Assembly: GCA_002269645.1 (NCBI GenBank)
Contig: NIVC01000181.1
Coordinates: 461,693-525,692, forward strand
DNA length: 64,000 nucleotides
DNA from: Macrostomum lignano
Lineage: Eukaryota
Direction of reading: 5' to 3'
Shown here: positions 51,992-64,000 of the stretch, in pieces
Position numbering within the stretch: the first letter of the stretch is position 1
Layout of the letters: each line of letters starts with the position of its first letter
Made by a program: the position numbers and the translations under genes
Notes under the pieces: model-generated
What the model saw: only the letters and a program-made list of their open reading frames with translations
What the model was told of the DNA's origin: nothing
Databases searched by the model: none

Positions 51992-54900
51992 TCACCAGGC
52001 ATTTCTGCCACCTCCAGGCTTCTTGGCGGTAGAGGTAGCCGCTGGTTTCGTCATTTTCATCTTCTTCTGCCACACTGTACCCACAGCGCCAGGCAAGGTG
52101 TTCGAGGATTCCGTGTCCGCGCTATTGCTGCTGCTCTCCACCGGGCCCGAAGGCTGCTTCTGCTGCGACTCCGGCTGCTCCTTGCCCGCCGTTCCCGGGG
52201 CCAATTTGCTCACAACCGCCTTTAGTACAGTGTCTCGGCGTTTAATAAATCGCATCTTCCATTCCAGCCTCTCCACGTAGCCCTGTCGAGCCGAGCGAAG
52301 CTCCGAGAACAGGACGAATACGAGCTCGAACAGTTCGCAAACGGTGAGTAGTGACATTCCTAGGTAGAGGCCCAGAATGCCGCCAATGTCGGAGAACAGA
52401 TCAAAGAAACGATAGGATTCGAACTCCTCAACAACAGTGCTGAAGGCCTTGTTAGCGCCAAGAGTTACTTGGGCGAAGTTGCTAGCAAATTCGCGCTGCA
52501 CTTTTTCTTCTGTAGTTAAATTGCGCAGGAAGTAGTAGAAGGTGTCTGGCACACTGAGATTTGCCTTCTCCAGCTGGCTGATATGGTATCCAAGGATTGT
52601 GTCCTTACAGTACACAGCCAGGCTATTCAGTGGCCACGAAGCCATGGACACGATTGGTGTGTAGATTTGTTCGCGACAGTTAGGCAGGCACTGCTGCATG
52701 TTGTTGAAAAGTGTACTCTCGCGCAGGATGAAATCGTGCTCGCACTGCGTCCTACGCAAAAACTCGGTGGCGTTGGTTGCCGGGGTGATGTGGTGGCACC
52801 GTGTAGCGTTGATGGACTCCGTGATGTTGTTGTATGGGGGCACAATGCGGCTGCAGAGGCAACCGCAGTTCTTCAAGATGGTGTCCAGAAGAGCTCGATA
52901 CTGGCAGTCCTCCTTGTTCTTGCTGAACGCGATGCGATTCTGATCGGCGTCCTCATAAAAAACAGATCGGTTCGCGGAAACGCACTGCTTCGCATTGCGG
53001 CTCACGTACCTGAAGTTGAGTAAAATGAGCGTTTTTCTTAGGCTAGTCAATTTACTCTCATGCAAGCTTCGGTCTGCTTTGAACCGGATGGAGCCTATAG
53101 CTTCATCCTGCATCCTTCATTTTATCGTCAGAAGCTTCCGATCAATCAGTCTAAGTTGTCGAGTTCAATCGCAAGAAAAGCTTTTTATTACTATTATAGT
53201 ACTTTCAATAGTGATTGGAATATTCCTAAGTCTTCTTGGCGCACTAGATTGAAGGCTAGATTAAGTTTAATGACATTTGCAGGTTAAAAATTTGTTAAAT
53301 TGCGCACTATTTTAAGCAGGCCAATTGTCTCCACGCGACTTAAAAGTTCTTTTTGGACACACCCACCTTAGTCAGACAGCCAGTTGACGCCGGGTTGAAC
53401 TGGAGATGTGTCAGATTGTGTATCCAATAGCAACAGGATTTGTTAAACTAAATCAAACAATGATTTTCGATAAGAAACCTGACCCAAAGTTTCTTCATTT
53501 TACTCCTTTGGTTGAGGCAAAGTGCAGCTGAATTGCATATGGACATATGACTTGATCGAAGCTAGTGACTTGCCAACTATATTGCTGATTAATATTACTG
53601 GATACTCAATTATTTACAACAATGAAGCCAACTTGCATTCAAAAGTTAAGAGATGATGCACGAAAGCAGTCCATGCAGTCCCCATCGATTTTCACTCTCG
53701 CCGCTTTCGTTCGGCTAATTCAGAAAATGCAATTAAAACTTTTTAGCGACTGTCATCTAACAATAGTTAGATGCTGCGGTAGAAAGCGTCTTGATGTGAC
53801 TAATGGCAACCATCACTCCAAAGTTATAATTAAATGGCCACTGTAGGTGTCAGAGCGCCAATTTTTTATTGAGGGACGCCAAAACTGCGCCCGTGGCGCC
53901 AAAACGAGTGTTGAAAGCGCCAATTAAAAATTTCACCACCAATCGGCTGTTATACGTACCTTTGCGCTTTGAAGATCACCATATTGAGCCCTTATACCGA
54001 GCCCTCAGTATATAAAGTTAGTTTAGAATCAAGTCATGCATACATTTTTACTATCCTTGTTTCTATTGACTGAGATCAATAGCTTTGGTTTTATGTTCAA
54101 CGCCAAGACTTGATTGATCGACGAATTAGCTGTCGTCTGGATCATTTTCATCCGAAATGCGTTATTTTGTTTTCGATTCTCAGAAAAGAAGGCTTTTTAG
54201 TAGCTTTTTCAATTAGCTACAGTTTGAAAATTCAAATTGCAGCTGATCGCTTACCTGTACTCCACCATTTCAAAATTAACGTAAGAATGCACCCCCGGCG
54301 AGAGGTTGATGAAGTCCCTGGGGTAATGGTTCTTAGGGCCGTAGAATAGAATGGCGCCGCCAGATTTTGACACGTCATAGTCGCCCTCGTAGGTGATCCC
54401 GGCCGTCAGTCTTTCAAATATCACCATGCTTTTCGGGTTGGTCACTACTGGGTTGTTGTCCGTGAACAGTACCTGGCATGTGATATAAAATAAGGTTTGG
54501 ATGCTGTTTTTAGAATCGTTTTTTACTTATAATTCTAAGCAAGTATACATGCGCGACGAACCAGTTCGAGCAGGAATTTCTCTATGAGCACAGTCTGCTG
54601 GAGAACACTGTCTCTAGGCATAAACCGGAAACAGTTGCCGTACTTGCTGTCCCAGTAGTTCTGAAAGTCCAGATAAGAGCAATTGAACCCTTTGTACAGG
54701 CACCTGACTATGAAGACCTCGCGTCGCTGACCCAGATGCTGCAGCAGCATGGTGGGGCCGACCATGTCCTTGGCGATTTGCACAATCAGCTGATAGTCAG
54801 TGCCGAGACCTTTCAAGTAGGCCAGACCAGCCACAAATCGGGACTCCGTGTACAACTGGGTGTACAGGCTGGGATTCTTCGCCGTGACCATTTCGTAGTA

Positions 54901-55170
54901 GTTGGTTGAGGATATCGGGCTCACCGAGCACACCGTGATGTCAGGCGTCTCGAACTGGATCGCTCCCGGACTGATGCTTGTTGATATCGGGGTTGACAAG
55001 AAGTTGATGATTAGCTGCGCGATGTGATAGCTGAAGCCGGCCATGGCAGCCGCTAGGAACAGCATCCACAGCAGCTTCAGGGGCAGCGAGCGCCTGGCGT
55101 GGATTCGGCCGAATCCGTGAGCGGTGGTTGTTGAGATAAAGTCCGAAATGGTGGGCACGCTTAGCTCCAT
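51992..55170 (-). CDS. DEG/ENaC family sodium channel subunit; exons 55170-54562, 54472-54255, 53009-51992 (about 614 aa)
   Basis: Pre-TM1 TTAHG motif, TM1, PDITVC, YGNCF, Cys-rich thumb (CGCL...C...C...C...C.PNC), TM2 SDIGGILGLYLGMS with the GxS filter; junction phases 0 and 2 are compatible. Confidence 0.92.
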
Positions 55171-56364
55171 GCTGCACAATCTGACAATTCACCCTTCAAG
55201 GATCAAACCTTATTAAGGATCAAAAGTTAACTTTTCTTGAAGATTCAGCCCTGCTATGGTTGCGTGGGTTTAATAAAAAATTAAGCCGATACGAATAGAA
55301 CTAAAATATTGATTAGGAACACACCCTCTGCCGGGTAGGAGTCTCTGCACCAATCAAGGAATTGCGGCGTCCTGAATGCAACCTTCAGAGCCCAATACCG
55401 TTAGCTTTCGTCAAGGTCATTAGGCAGCATCCCTTTTCTATAGTGTTTGATGTCAGTAGTACTTCCAGTACATAAACGTAATTTCATGTGTCAAACATAG
55501 ACTAAACGGATATCAAGGAAGACTACCATGTCACGGACAGCTAAATTGCGACGCTACACCAAACTCTCATAATCTCGACCTTTCCAGACTTCCGAGTTCC
55601 AAATGAAGTTAAGCCTCGTTCGAGATGCACTCACAAGTTTAATCAAGTTTCAGTTTTCCTATCTCTTTAGTGTATGTTTATAGTCTATGGCAAACCCCCA
55701 TTCAGAGCAGTGCAAAACAGCAAATCTGCGAAATCTGTGATAAAAAGCACAACTGTATTTTGAAAGTTGTCGCTCTTCAATGATAACTTTTTCTAACTAT
55801 CTCTCAACAAACTTGTGAAGTCACCTCGAACGAAACCGCTCACGGATGCTTGCTTTATTTGGAATTGGGAAGCAAAAACCATGTCTCTACCAGCGTCCTA
55901 AATGTACTTTTAACTGTCCTTGCTGCATACTTAGAAAGTCCGAACAGGGTGGGCTGCAATAAAGTGCAGTTTGGGTCATAATTACATGCACCTGTAAGAA
56001 GCCCAGCAGGATCACATGAAAAGTTTCAACTGCTGCATGTACATGTATTGTCCTGGAATTGGGGAAAAGCTATAAGCTGAATCGGCCATATGTCACGGAT
56101 CCCATGGAAAACAATTGTTTAAACAAGGCAAATCAGATCCCGTGCAGTTTGTTAGGCTAATTGCAGAGCATTTGCAATTCAAAGAAGCGAATCCACCGTT
56201 CACTCAATTCATTTGTTGATTCAGAAATTCTGAACAGCAAAATCAAACGCTCTGTAAATATGCAGGAGAAGCATCTAGAAAATTCTGAGTACGTGTAATT
56301 CTTACTGTTCGTAGTCTTAGTATTGAATAGTTTATTCAGTGTACCGATTATTAATCCACAGATA

Positions 56365-58350
56365 GGGGCGCCAGTCAACATGTAGGAGACGAGAGGGCGC
56401 CAATCTACATGTACATGTAGGAGATATGTGGGGCGCCAATCTACATGCACATGTAGGAGATGTGTGGGGCGCCAATCTACATGCACATGTAGGAGATGTG
56501 TGGGGCGCCAATCTACATGCACATGTAGGAGATGTGTGGGGCACTAATCTACATGTAGGAGATATGTGGGCCGCCAATCTACATGTAGGAGATGTATGGG
56601 GCGTTAATCTACATGTAGGAGTTGTGTGGGGCGCCAATCTACATGTACATGTAGGAGATATGTGGGGCACTAATCTACATGTAGGAGATATGTGGGGCGC
56701 CAATCTACATGCACATGTAGGAGATGTGTGGGGCGCCAATCTACATGTACATGTAGGAGATATGTGGGGCGCCAATCTACATGTAGGAGATATGTGGGCC
56801 GCCAATCTATATGTAGGAGATGTGTGGGCCGCTAATCTATATGTAGGAGATGTGTGGGCCGCCAATCTACATGTAGGAGATGTGTGGGGCGCCAATCTAC
56901 ATGTAGGAGATGTGTGGGGCGCCAATCTACATGTACATGTAGGAGATATGTGGGGCGCCAATCTACATGTAGGAGATGTGTGGGCCGCCAATCTACATTT
57001 ACATGTAGGAGATGTGTGGGGCGCCAATCTACATGTACATGTAGGTGATATGTGGGGCGCCGATCTATATGTAGGAGATGTGTGGGGCGCCAATCTATGT
57101 GTTTGAGATGTGTGGGGCGCCATCTACATGTACGAGCCGTACATGTAGGAGATGTGTGGGGCGCCAATCTACATGTAGGAGATGTGTGGGCCGCCAATCT
57201 ACATGTAGGAGATGTGTGGGGCGCCAATCTACATGTAGGAGATGTGTGGGGCGCCAATCTACATGTACATGTAGGAGATATGTGGGGCGCCAATCTACAT
57301 GTAGGAGATGTGTGGGGCGCCAATCTACATGTACATGTAGGAGATGTGTGGGGCGCCAATCTACATGTAGGAGATGTGTGGGGCGCCAATCTACATGTAG
57401 GAGATGTGTGGGGCGCCAATCTATATGTAGGAGATGTGTGGGGCGCCAATCTACATGTACATGTAGGAGATATGTGGGGCGCCAATCTACATGTAGGAGA
57501 TATGTGGGGCGCCAATCTACATTTACATGTAGGAGATATGTGGGGCGCCAATCTATGTGTAGGAGATGTGTGGGGCGCCAATCTATATGTAGGAGATGTG
57601 TGGGGCGCCAATCTACATTTACATGTAGGAGATGTGTGGGGCGCCGATCTATATGTAGGAGATGTGTGGGGCGCCAATCTACATGCACATGTAGGAGATG
57701 TGTGGGGCGCCGATCTATATGTAGGAGATGTGTGGGGCGCCAATCTACATGTAGGAAATGTGTGGGGCGCCCATCTACATGTAGGAGATGTGTGGGGCGC
57801 CAATCTATATGTAGGAGATGTGTGGGGCGCCAATCTACATGTACATGTAGGAGATATGTGGGGCGCCAATCTACATGTAGGAGATATGTGGGGCGCCAAT
57901 CTACATGTACATGTAGGAGATATGTGGGGCGCCAATCTACATGTACATGTAGGAGATATGTGGGGCGCCAATCTACATGTAGGAGATATGTGGGGCGCCA
58001 ATCTACATTTACATGTAGGAGATATGTGGGGCGCCAATCTATGTGTAGGAGATGTGTGGGGCGCCAATCTATATGTAGGAGATGTGTGGGGCGCCAATCT
58101 ACATTTACATGTAGGAGATGTGTGGGGCGCTGATCTATATGTAGGAGATGTGTGGGGCGCCAATCTACATGCACATGTAGGAGATGTGTGGGGCGCCGAT
58201 CTATATGTAGGAGATGTGTGGGGCGCCAATCTATATGTAGGAGATGGGGGCGCCAATGTAACTACATGTAGGAGATGGGGGTGCCAATCCACATGTATAT
58301 ATGAGATGGGGGCGCCAATCTACATGTAGGAGATGCGTGGGGCGCCAATC
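56365..58350. repeat. 30/36-bp minisatellite, about 60 units
   Basis: Unit CTACATGTAGGAGATGTGTGGGGCGCCAAT, with 6-bp (TACATG/CACATG) insertion variants. Confidence 0.98.
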
Positions 58351-58519
58351 TGCATGTGTCACTTTCTGATCACAGGCCGGTTTTAATTGAGTCGGCAACT
58401 CAAGGCAAATGATCAATCTATTATAGTAGTCAGGCCGGGTATTTTTGTGATACATACTGCACATGAGTATAGTTGAGTTGCCTATTGCAATTGAAAGAAA
58501 GCTTTTGATTACAACCAAT

Positions 58520-58849
58520 TTATGTAACCAGAAGTTGCAAAATTCCAAATTTTTGCTGGCCTGGCTTACAGGTAAACAAGTTGGTTGAGGATATCGGGCT
58601 CACCGAGCACACCGTGATGTCAGGCGTCTCGAACTGGATCGCTCCCGGACTGATGCTTGTTGATATCGGGGTTGACAAGAAGTTGATGATTAGCTGCGCG
58701 ATGTGATAGCTGAAGCCGGCCATGGCAGCCGCTAGGAACAGCATCCACAGCAGCTTCAGGGGCAGCGAGCGCCTGGCGTGGATTCGGCCGAATCCGTGAG
58801 CGGTGGTTGTTGAGATAAAGTCCGAAATGGTGGGCACGCTTAGCTCCAT
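58520..58849 (-). pseudogene. Truncated duplicate of DEG/ENaC exon 1 (N-terminus plus TM1, then a novel 19-aa tail)
   Basis: Identical to 55170-54901, then reads through the duplication junction to a stop at 58520. Confidence 0.8.
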
Positions 58850-60043
58850 GCTGCACAATCTGACAATTCACCCTTCAAGGATCAAACCTTATTAAGGATC
58901 AAAAGTTAACTTTTCTTGAAGATTCAGCCCTGCTATGGTTGCGTGGGTTTAATAAAAAATTAAGCCGATACGAATAGAACTAAAATATTGATTAGGAACA
59001 CACCCTCTGCCGGGTAGGAGTCTCTGCACCAATCAAGGAATTGCGGCGTCCTGAATGCAACCTTCAGAGCCCAATACCGTTAGCTTTCGTCAAGGTCATT
59101 AGGCAGCATCCCTTTTCTATAGTGTTTGATGTCAGTAGTACTTCCAGTACATAAACGTAATTTCATGTGTCAAACATAGACTAAACGGATATCAAGGAAG
59201 ACTACCATGTCACGGACAGCTAAATTGCGACGCTACACCAAACTCTCATAATCTCGACCTTTCCAGACTTCCGAGTTCCAAATGAAGTTAAGCCTCGTTC
59301 GAGATGCACTCACAAGTTTAATCAAGTTTCAGTTTTCCTATCTCTTTAGTGTATGTTTATAGTCTATGGCAAACCCCCATTCAGAGCAGTGCAAAACAGC
59401 AAATCTGCGAAATCTGTGATAAAAAGCACAACTGTATTTTGAAAGTTGTCGCTCTTCAATGATAACTTTTTCTAACTATCTCTCAACAAACTTGTGAAGT
59501 CACCTCGAACGAAACCGCTCACGGATGCTTGCTTTATTTGGAATTGGGAAGCAAAAACCATGTCTCTACCAGCGTCCTAAATGTACTTTTAACTGTCCTT
59601 GCTGCATACTTAGAAAGTCCGAACAGGGTGGGCTGCAATAAAGTGCAGTTTGGGTCATAATTACATGCACCTGTAAGAAGCCCAGCAGGATCACATGAAA
59701 AGTTTCAACTGCTGCATGTACATGTATTGTCCTGGAATTGGGGAAAAGCTATAAGCTGAATCGGCCATATGTCACGGATCCCATGGAAAACAATTGTTTA
59801 AACAAGGCAAATCAGATCCCGTGCAGTTTGTTAGGCTAATTGCAGAGCATTTGCAATTCAAAGAAGCGAATCCACCGTTCACTCAATTCATTTGTTGATT
59901 CAGAAATTCTGAACAGCAAAATCAAACGCTCTGTAAATATGCAGGAGAAGCATCTAGAAAATTCTGAGTACGTGTAATTCTTACTGTTCGTAGTCTTAGT
60001 ATTGAATAGTTTATTCAGTGTACCGATTATTAATCCACAGATA

Positions 60044-62029
60044 GGGGCGCCAGTCAACATGTAGGAGACGAGAGGGCGCCAATCTACATGTACATGTAGG
60101 AGATATGTGGGGCGCCAATCTACATGCACATGTAGGAGATGTGTGGGGCGCCAATCTACATGCACATGTAGGAGATGTGTGGGGCGCCAATCTACATGCA
60201 CATGTAGGAGATGTGTGGGGCACTAATCTACATGTAGGAGATATGTGGGCCGCCAATCTACATGTAGGAGATGTATGGGGCGTTAATCTACATGTAGGAG
60301 TTGTGTGGGGCGCCAATCTACATGTACATGTAGGAGATATGTGGGGCACTAATCTACATGTAGGAGATATGTGGGGCGCCAATCTACATGCACATGTAGG
60401 AGATGTGTGGGGCGCCAATCTACATGTACATGTAGGAGATATGTGGGGCGCCAATCTACATGTAGGAGATATGTGGGCCGCCAATCTATATGTAGGAGAT
60501 GTGTGGGCCGCTAATCTATATGTAGGAGATGTGTGGGCCGCCAATCTACATGTAGGAGATGTGTGGGGCGCCAATCTACATGTAGGAGATGTGTGGGGCG
60601 CCAATCTACATGTACATGTAGGAGATATGTGGGGCGCCAATCTACATGTAGGAGATGTGTGGGCCGCCAATCTACATTTACATGTAGGAGATGTGTGGGG
60701 CGCCAATCTACATGTACATGTAGGTGATATGTGGGGCGCCGATCTATATGTAGGAGATGTGTGGGGCGCCAATCTATGTGTTTGAGATGTGTGGGGCGCC
60801 ATCTACATGTACGAGCCGTACATGTAGGAGATGTGTGGGGCGCCAATCTACATGTAGGAGATGTGTGGGCCGCCAATCTACATGTAGGAGATGTGTGGGG
60901 CGCCAATCTACATGTAGGAGATGTGTGGGGCGCCAATCTACATGTACATGTAGGAGATATGTGGGGCGCCAATCTACATGTAGGAGATGTGTGGGGCGCC
61001 AATCTACATGTACATGTAGGAGATGTGTGGGGCGCCAATCTACATGTAGGAGATGTGTGGGGCGCCAATCTACATGTAGGAGATGTGTGGGGCGCCAATC
61101 TATATGTAGGAGATGTGTGGGGCGCCAATCTACATGTACATGTAGGAGATATGTGGGGCGCCAATCTACATGTAGGAGATATGTGGGGCGCCAATCTACA
61201 TTTACATGTAGGAGATATGTGGGGCGCCAATCTATGTGTAGGAGATGTGTGGGGCGCCAATCTATATGTAGGAGATGTGTGGGGCGCCAATCTACATTTA
61301 CATGTAGGAGATGTGTGGGGCGCCGATCTATATGTAGGAGATGTGTGGGGCGCCAATCTACATGCACATGTAGGAGATGTGTGGGGCGCCGATCTATATG
61401 TAGGAGATGTGTGGGGCGCCAATCTACATGTAGGAAATGTGTGGGGCGCCCATCTACATGTAGGAGATGTGTGGGGCGCCAATCTATATGTAGGAGATGT
61501 GTGGGGCGCCAATCTACATGTACATGTAGGAGATATGTGGGGCGCCAATCTACATGTAGGAGATATGTGGGGCGCCAATCTACATGTACATGTAGGAGAT
61601 ATGTGGGGCGCCAATCTACATGTACATGTAGGAGATATGTGGGGCGCCAATCTACATGTAGGAGATATGTGGGGCGCCAATCTACATTTACATGTAGGAG
61701 ATATGTGGGGCGCCAATCTATGTGTAGGAGATGTGTGGGGCGCCAATCTATATGTAGGAGATGTGTGGGGCGCCAATCTACATTTACATGTAGGAGATGT
61801 GTGGGGCGCTGATCTATATGTAGGAGATGTGTGGGGCGCCAATCTACATGCACATGTAGGAGATGTGTGGGGCGCCGATCTATATGTAGGAGATGTGTGG
61901 GGCGCCAATCTATATGTAGGAGATGGGGGCGCCAATGTAACTACATGTAGGAGATGGGGGTGCCAATCCACATGTATATATGAGATGGGGGCGCCAATCT
62001 ACATGTAGGAGATGCGTGGGGCGCCAATC
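60044..62029. repeat. Second copy of the 30/36-bp minisatellite
   Basis: Same variant order as the first copy. Confidence 0.98.
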
Positions 62030-62982
62030 TGCATGTGTCACTTTCTGATCACAGGCCGGTTTTAATTGAGTCGGCAACTCAAGGCAAATGATCAATCTAT
62101 TATAGTAGTCAGGCCGGGTATTTTTGTGATACATACTGCACATGAGTATAGTTGAGTTGCCTATTGCAATTGAAAGAAAGCTTTTGATTACAACCAATTT
62201 ATGTAACCAGAAGTTGCAAAATTCCAAATTTTTGCTGGCCTGGCTTACAGGTAAACAATTGTTTGTTTGAAAATTCCTGCTATTATATAATTGAGTCTCT
62301 GCTGAAACCTAGACCATCGCTGCAAAATTTCAGTCATAAATGTTTTCTCTAATGAATTTAGAAACCCAATATTCAAAATATGATTTTATTCATAAAACCT
62401 TTTTAGCATATATAGGATTTAATACAGTTCCTTGATACTTCCTTTGATACATGTACTTTGAGCCTCTTCGTTTAACAATGAAAATTAAATGAAGATTTAA
62501 TGGGGCAAATTAAATGCCCCAAAAACTCTAAAATATGCAAAGTTGTACTTAAAGTAACAGCGGAATGGAGGGCTCTGGAAGGCTCTGGAAGCTAGGCTCT
62601 GAAGGCTCGACCCAAGTACAGAATCAACGTACTACATAAGAATGATACATGTAAATTGTAATGTAAATTGCATGTCGGACAAATCGTCTAAAATCCAGCA
62701 AACTTTTTAGCGAGTTTGGACTTTCTCGGGTAAATAGAGAATTTAATTATTAACTGTCCGTAGGGTCCGAAGCTCAAATTAACTTAGATAAGAATATAGT
62801 AGATTCTTGAGAGGTGAAATCGACCTATAAGTGTCATATTGTGCATATCTTAGGAGGATTCCTTGATCAGGCAAATACACCATTTTACCTCCTATTTTGA
62901 ACAAAGTCTTGTTCAAAAGAAACAAGCAGAACTTCAATTCAAACACTTTAAGAAATATCAGCCCTTGCGGAAATTCAATTCA

Positions 62983-64000
62983 AACAAAGTCCCTTTCTAT
63001 TGAAACAGAAGAACTTCAATTCAGACTGTCTGTGGCAAAAATTGTCCTTGAGTGACGCGCATGCGCAAACTTGAAATTCAAAAGAAACAAAGTCGCATTC
63101 TATATTCGACAGAGGGATAAAACACAGCATATCGACGAACATAAGAGTAAAATGAAAAACAGGAACAAGACAGTGTCAGTTGGCCAACTTGAGACACCTA
63201 ATCATCAATTGCCTGTCCACCAACGCAGCGAGGTACGTATGTAAACACATGGTTGAACCACTCAGTGCACTTGTCCACAGAGATGCAGCCAATGGTTTTG
63301 TCCACCATGTTGTACAGAATGTCTCGCCGATAGGCCGCCATTGACTGATTCCTGTGCTGCTCAGCTATCGGAGTGATGAAATTTTGCTGGTCTGCTGCTG
63401 CCAGTTTTCTCTTCAGAGTGTTCTTCCAACAGGAGATTGAGTTCTCCACAGGAATAAAAAATGGACTGTATGGTGGAAGCCACTTGACCTGAATGGTGTC
63501 CGGAATCTCGTAGGCTGCTTTTCTGCTCTCCCTGACCTCACGATCATGTTCGCTGTTGACCTCTTGACTCCAAGTTGGCGCGCCAGTTCCACAAGTCATC
63601 CCCAACAATCAGCAGCCCTGATGATACGGTCTCTGTCACTGTTGCTTAAACAATAGTGCACTGCCAAGGCTGCTGTTCCATGATATCTTCATCGAATTCT
63701 GCTTCAAATTCATCGATTCCATCTTCCAGCAATTCATCGTCTTCTTCAATCTGATCTTCAGCATTAATATCGTTTCTTGTTGCGCAACGATTGTACAGTT
63801 ATGCAGTACAGGGACAACAAAAAAGTTAGATTAATGTACTTAAATGTACTTGTACCCATGTGCGAAAATCTCTGTCGAAATAGAATGCGACTTTGTTTCT
63901 TTTGAATTTCAAGTTTGCGCATGCGCGTCACTCAAGGACAATTTTTGCCACAGACAGTCTGAATTGAAGTTCTTCTGTTTCAATAGAAAGGGACTTTGTT
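62983..64000 (-). mobile_element. Internally deleted Tc1/IS630-like DNA transposon with long TIRs (runs off the window)
   Basis: At least 130 bp inverted repeat (62983-63114 / 63870-64000). Minus-strand remnants: HTH-like DRDRIIRAAD..ELARQLGVKRSTANMIVRSGR (across a frameshift), joined to the catalytic tail WLPPYSPFFIPVENSISCWK. Confidence 0.85.

Larger units (their letters stand above)
54901..62258. repeat. Direct tandem duplication, unit 3679 bp (54901-58579 / 58580-62258)
   Basis: All ORF coordinates are shifted by exactly 3679; junction ...GGTAAACAA|GTTGGTTGAG at 58579/58580. Confidence 0.95.

Noticed and set aside
56332-62008. Repetitive 226-486 aa ORFs (LHVGDVWGAN, CRRCVGRQST, RLAPHTSPT)
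   Set aside because: Open in several frames on both strands because unit lengths are multiples of 3; no unique coding flanks or signal peptide.

Overview
Eukaryotic (animal, probably invertebrate) genomic DNA. GC-rich exons, AT-rich intergenic DNA, dense MITEs and minisatellites and a DEG/ENaC gene would fit a free-living flatworm such as Macrostomum, but that is inference only. Protein genes: two tandem paralogous intronless secreted prepropeptide genes (1188-1376, 4503-4703), an unknown low-complexity spliced gene (minus, about 7041-9037), PP4 catalytic subunit (PPP4C, 3 exons), glycerol-3-phosphate acyltransferase GPAT3/4-like (3 exons) and a DEG/ENaC channel (3 exons) whose promoter and 5' part of exon 1 are tandemly duplicated (3679-bp unit). 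Mobile DNA: a full-length LOA/R1-type non-LTR retrotransposon with a 13-bp TSD, several hAT MITEs with 8-bp TSDs and a deleted Tc1/IS630-like element. The two most striking observations are (1) an 8.7-kb almost perfect palindrome (40823-49510) with ACTACT...AGTAGT termini and a 6-bp TSD, which looks like a non-coding snap-back Polinton/Maverick-like element, and (2) the peptide pair, with a conserved pre-pro region and completely different, alternating-pattern, probably amidated mature peptides (FIHIHF-G and WLRVRARVRI-G, the latter written in telomere-like repeats). No rRNA, tRNA or CRISPR array could be supported.
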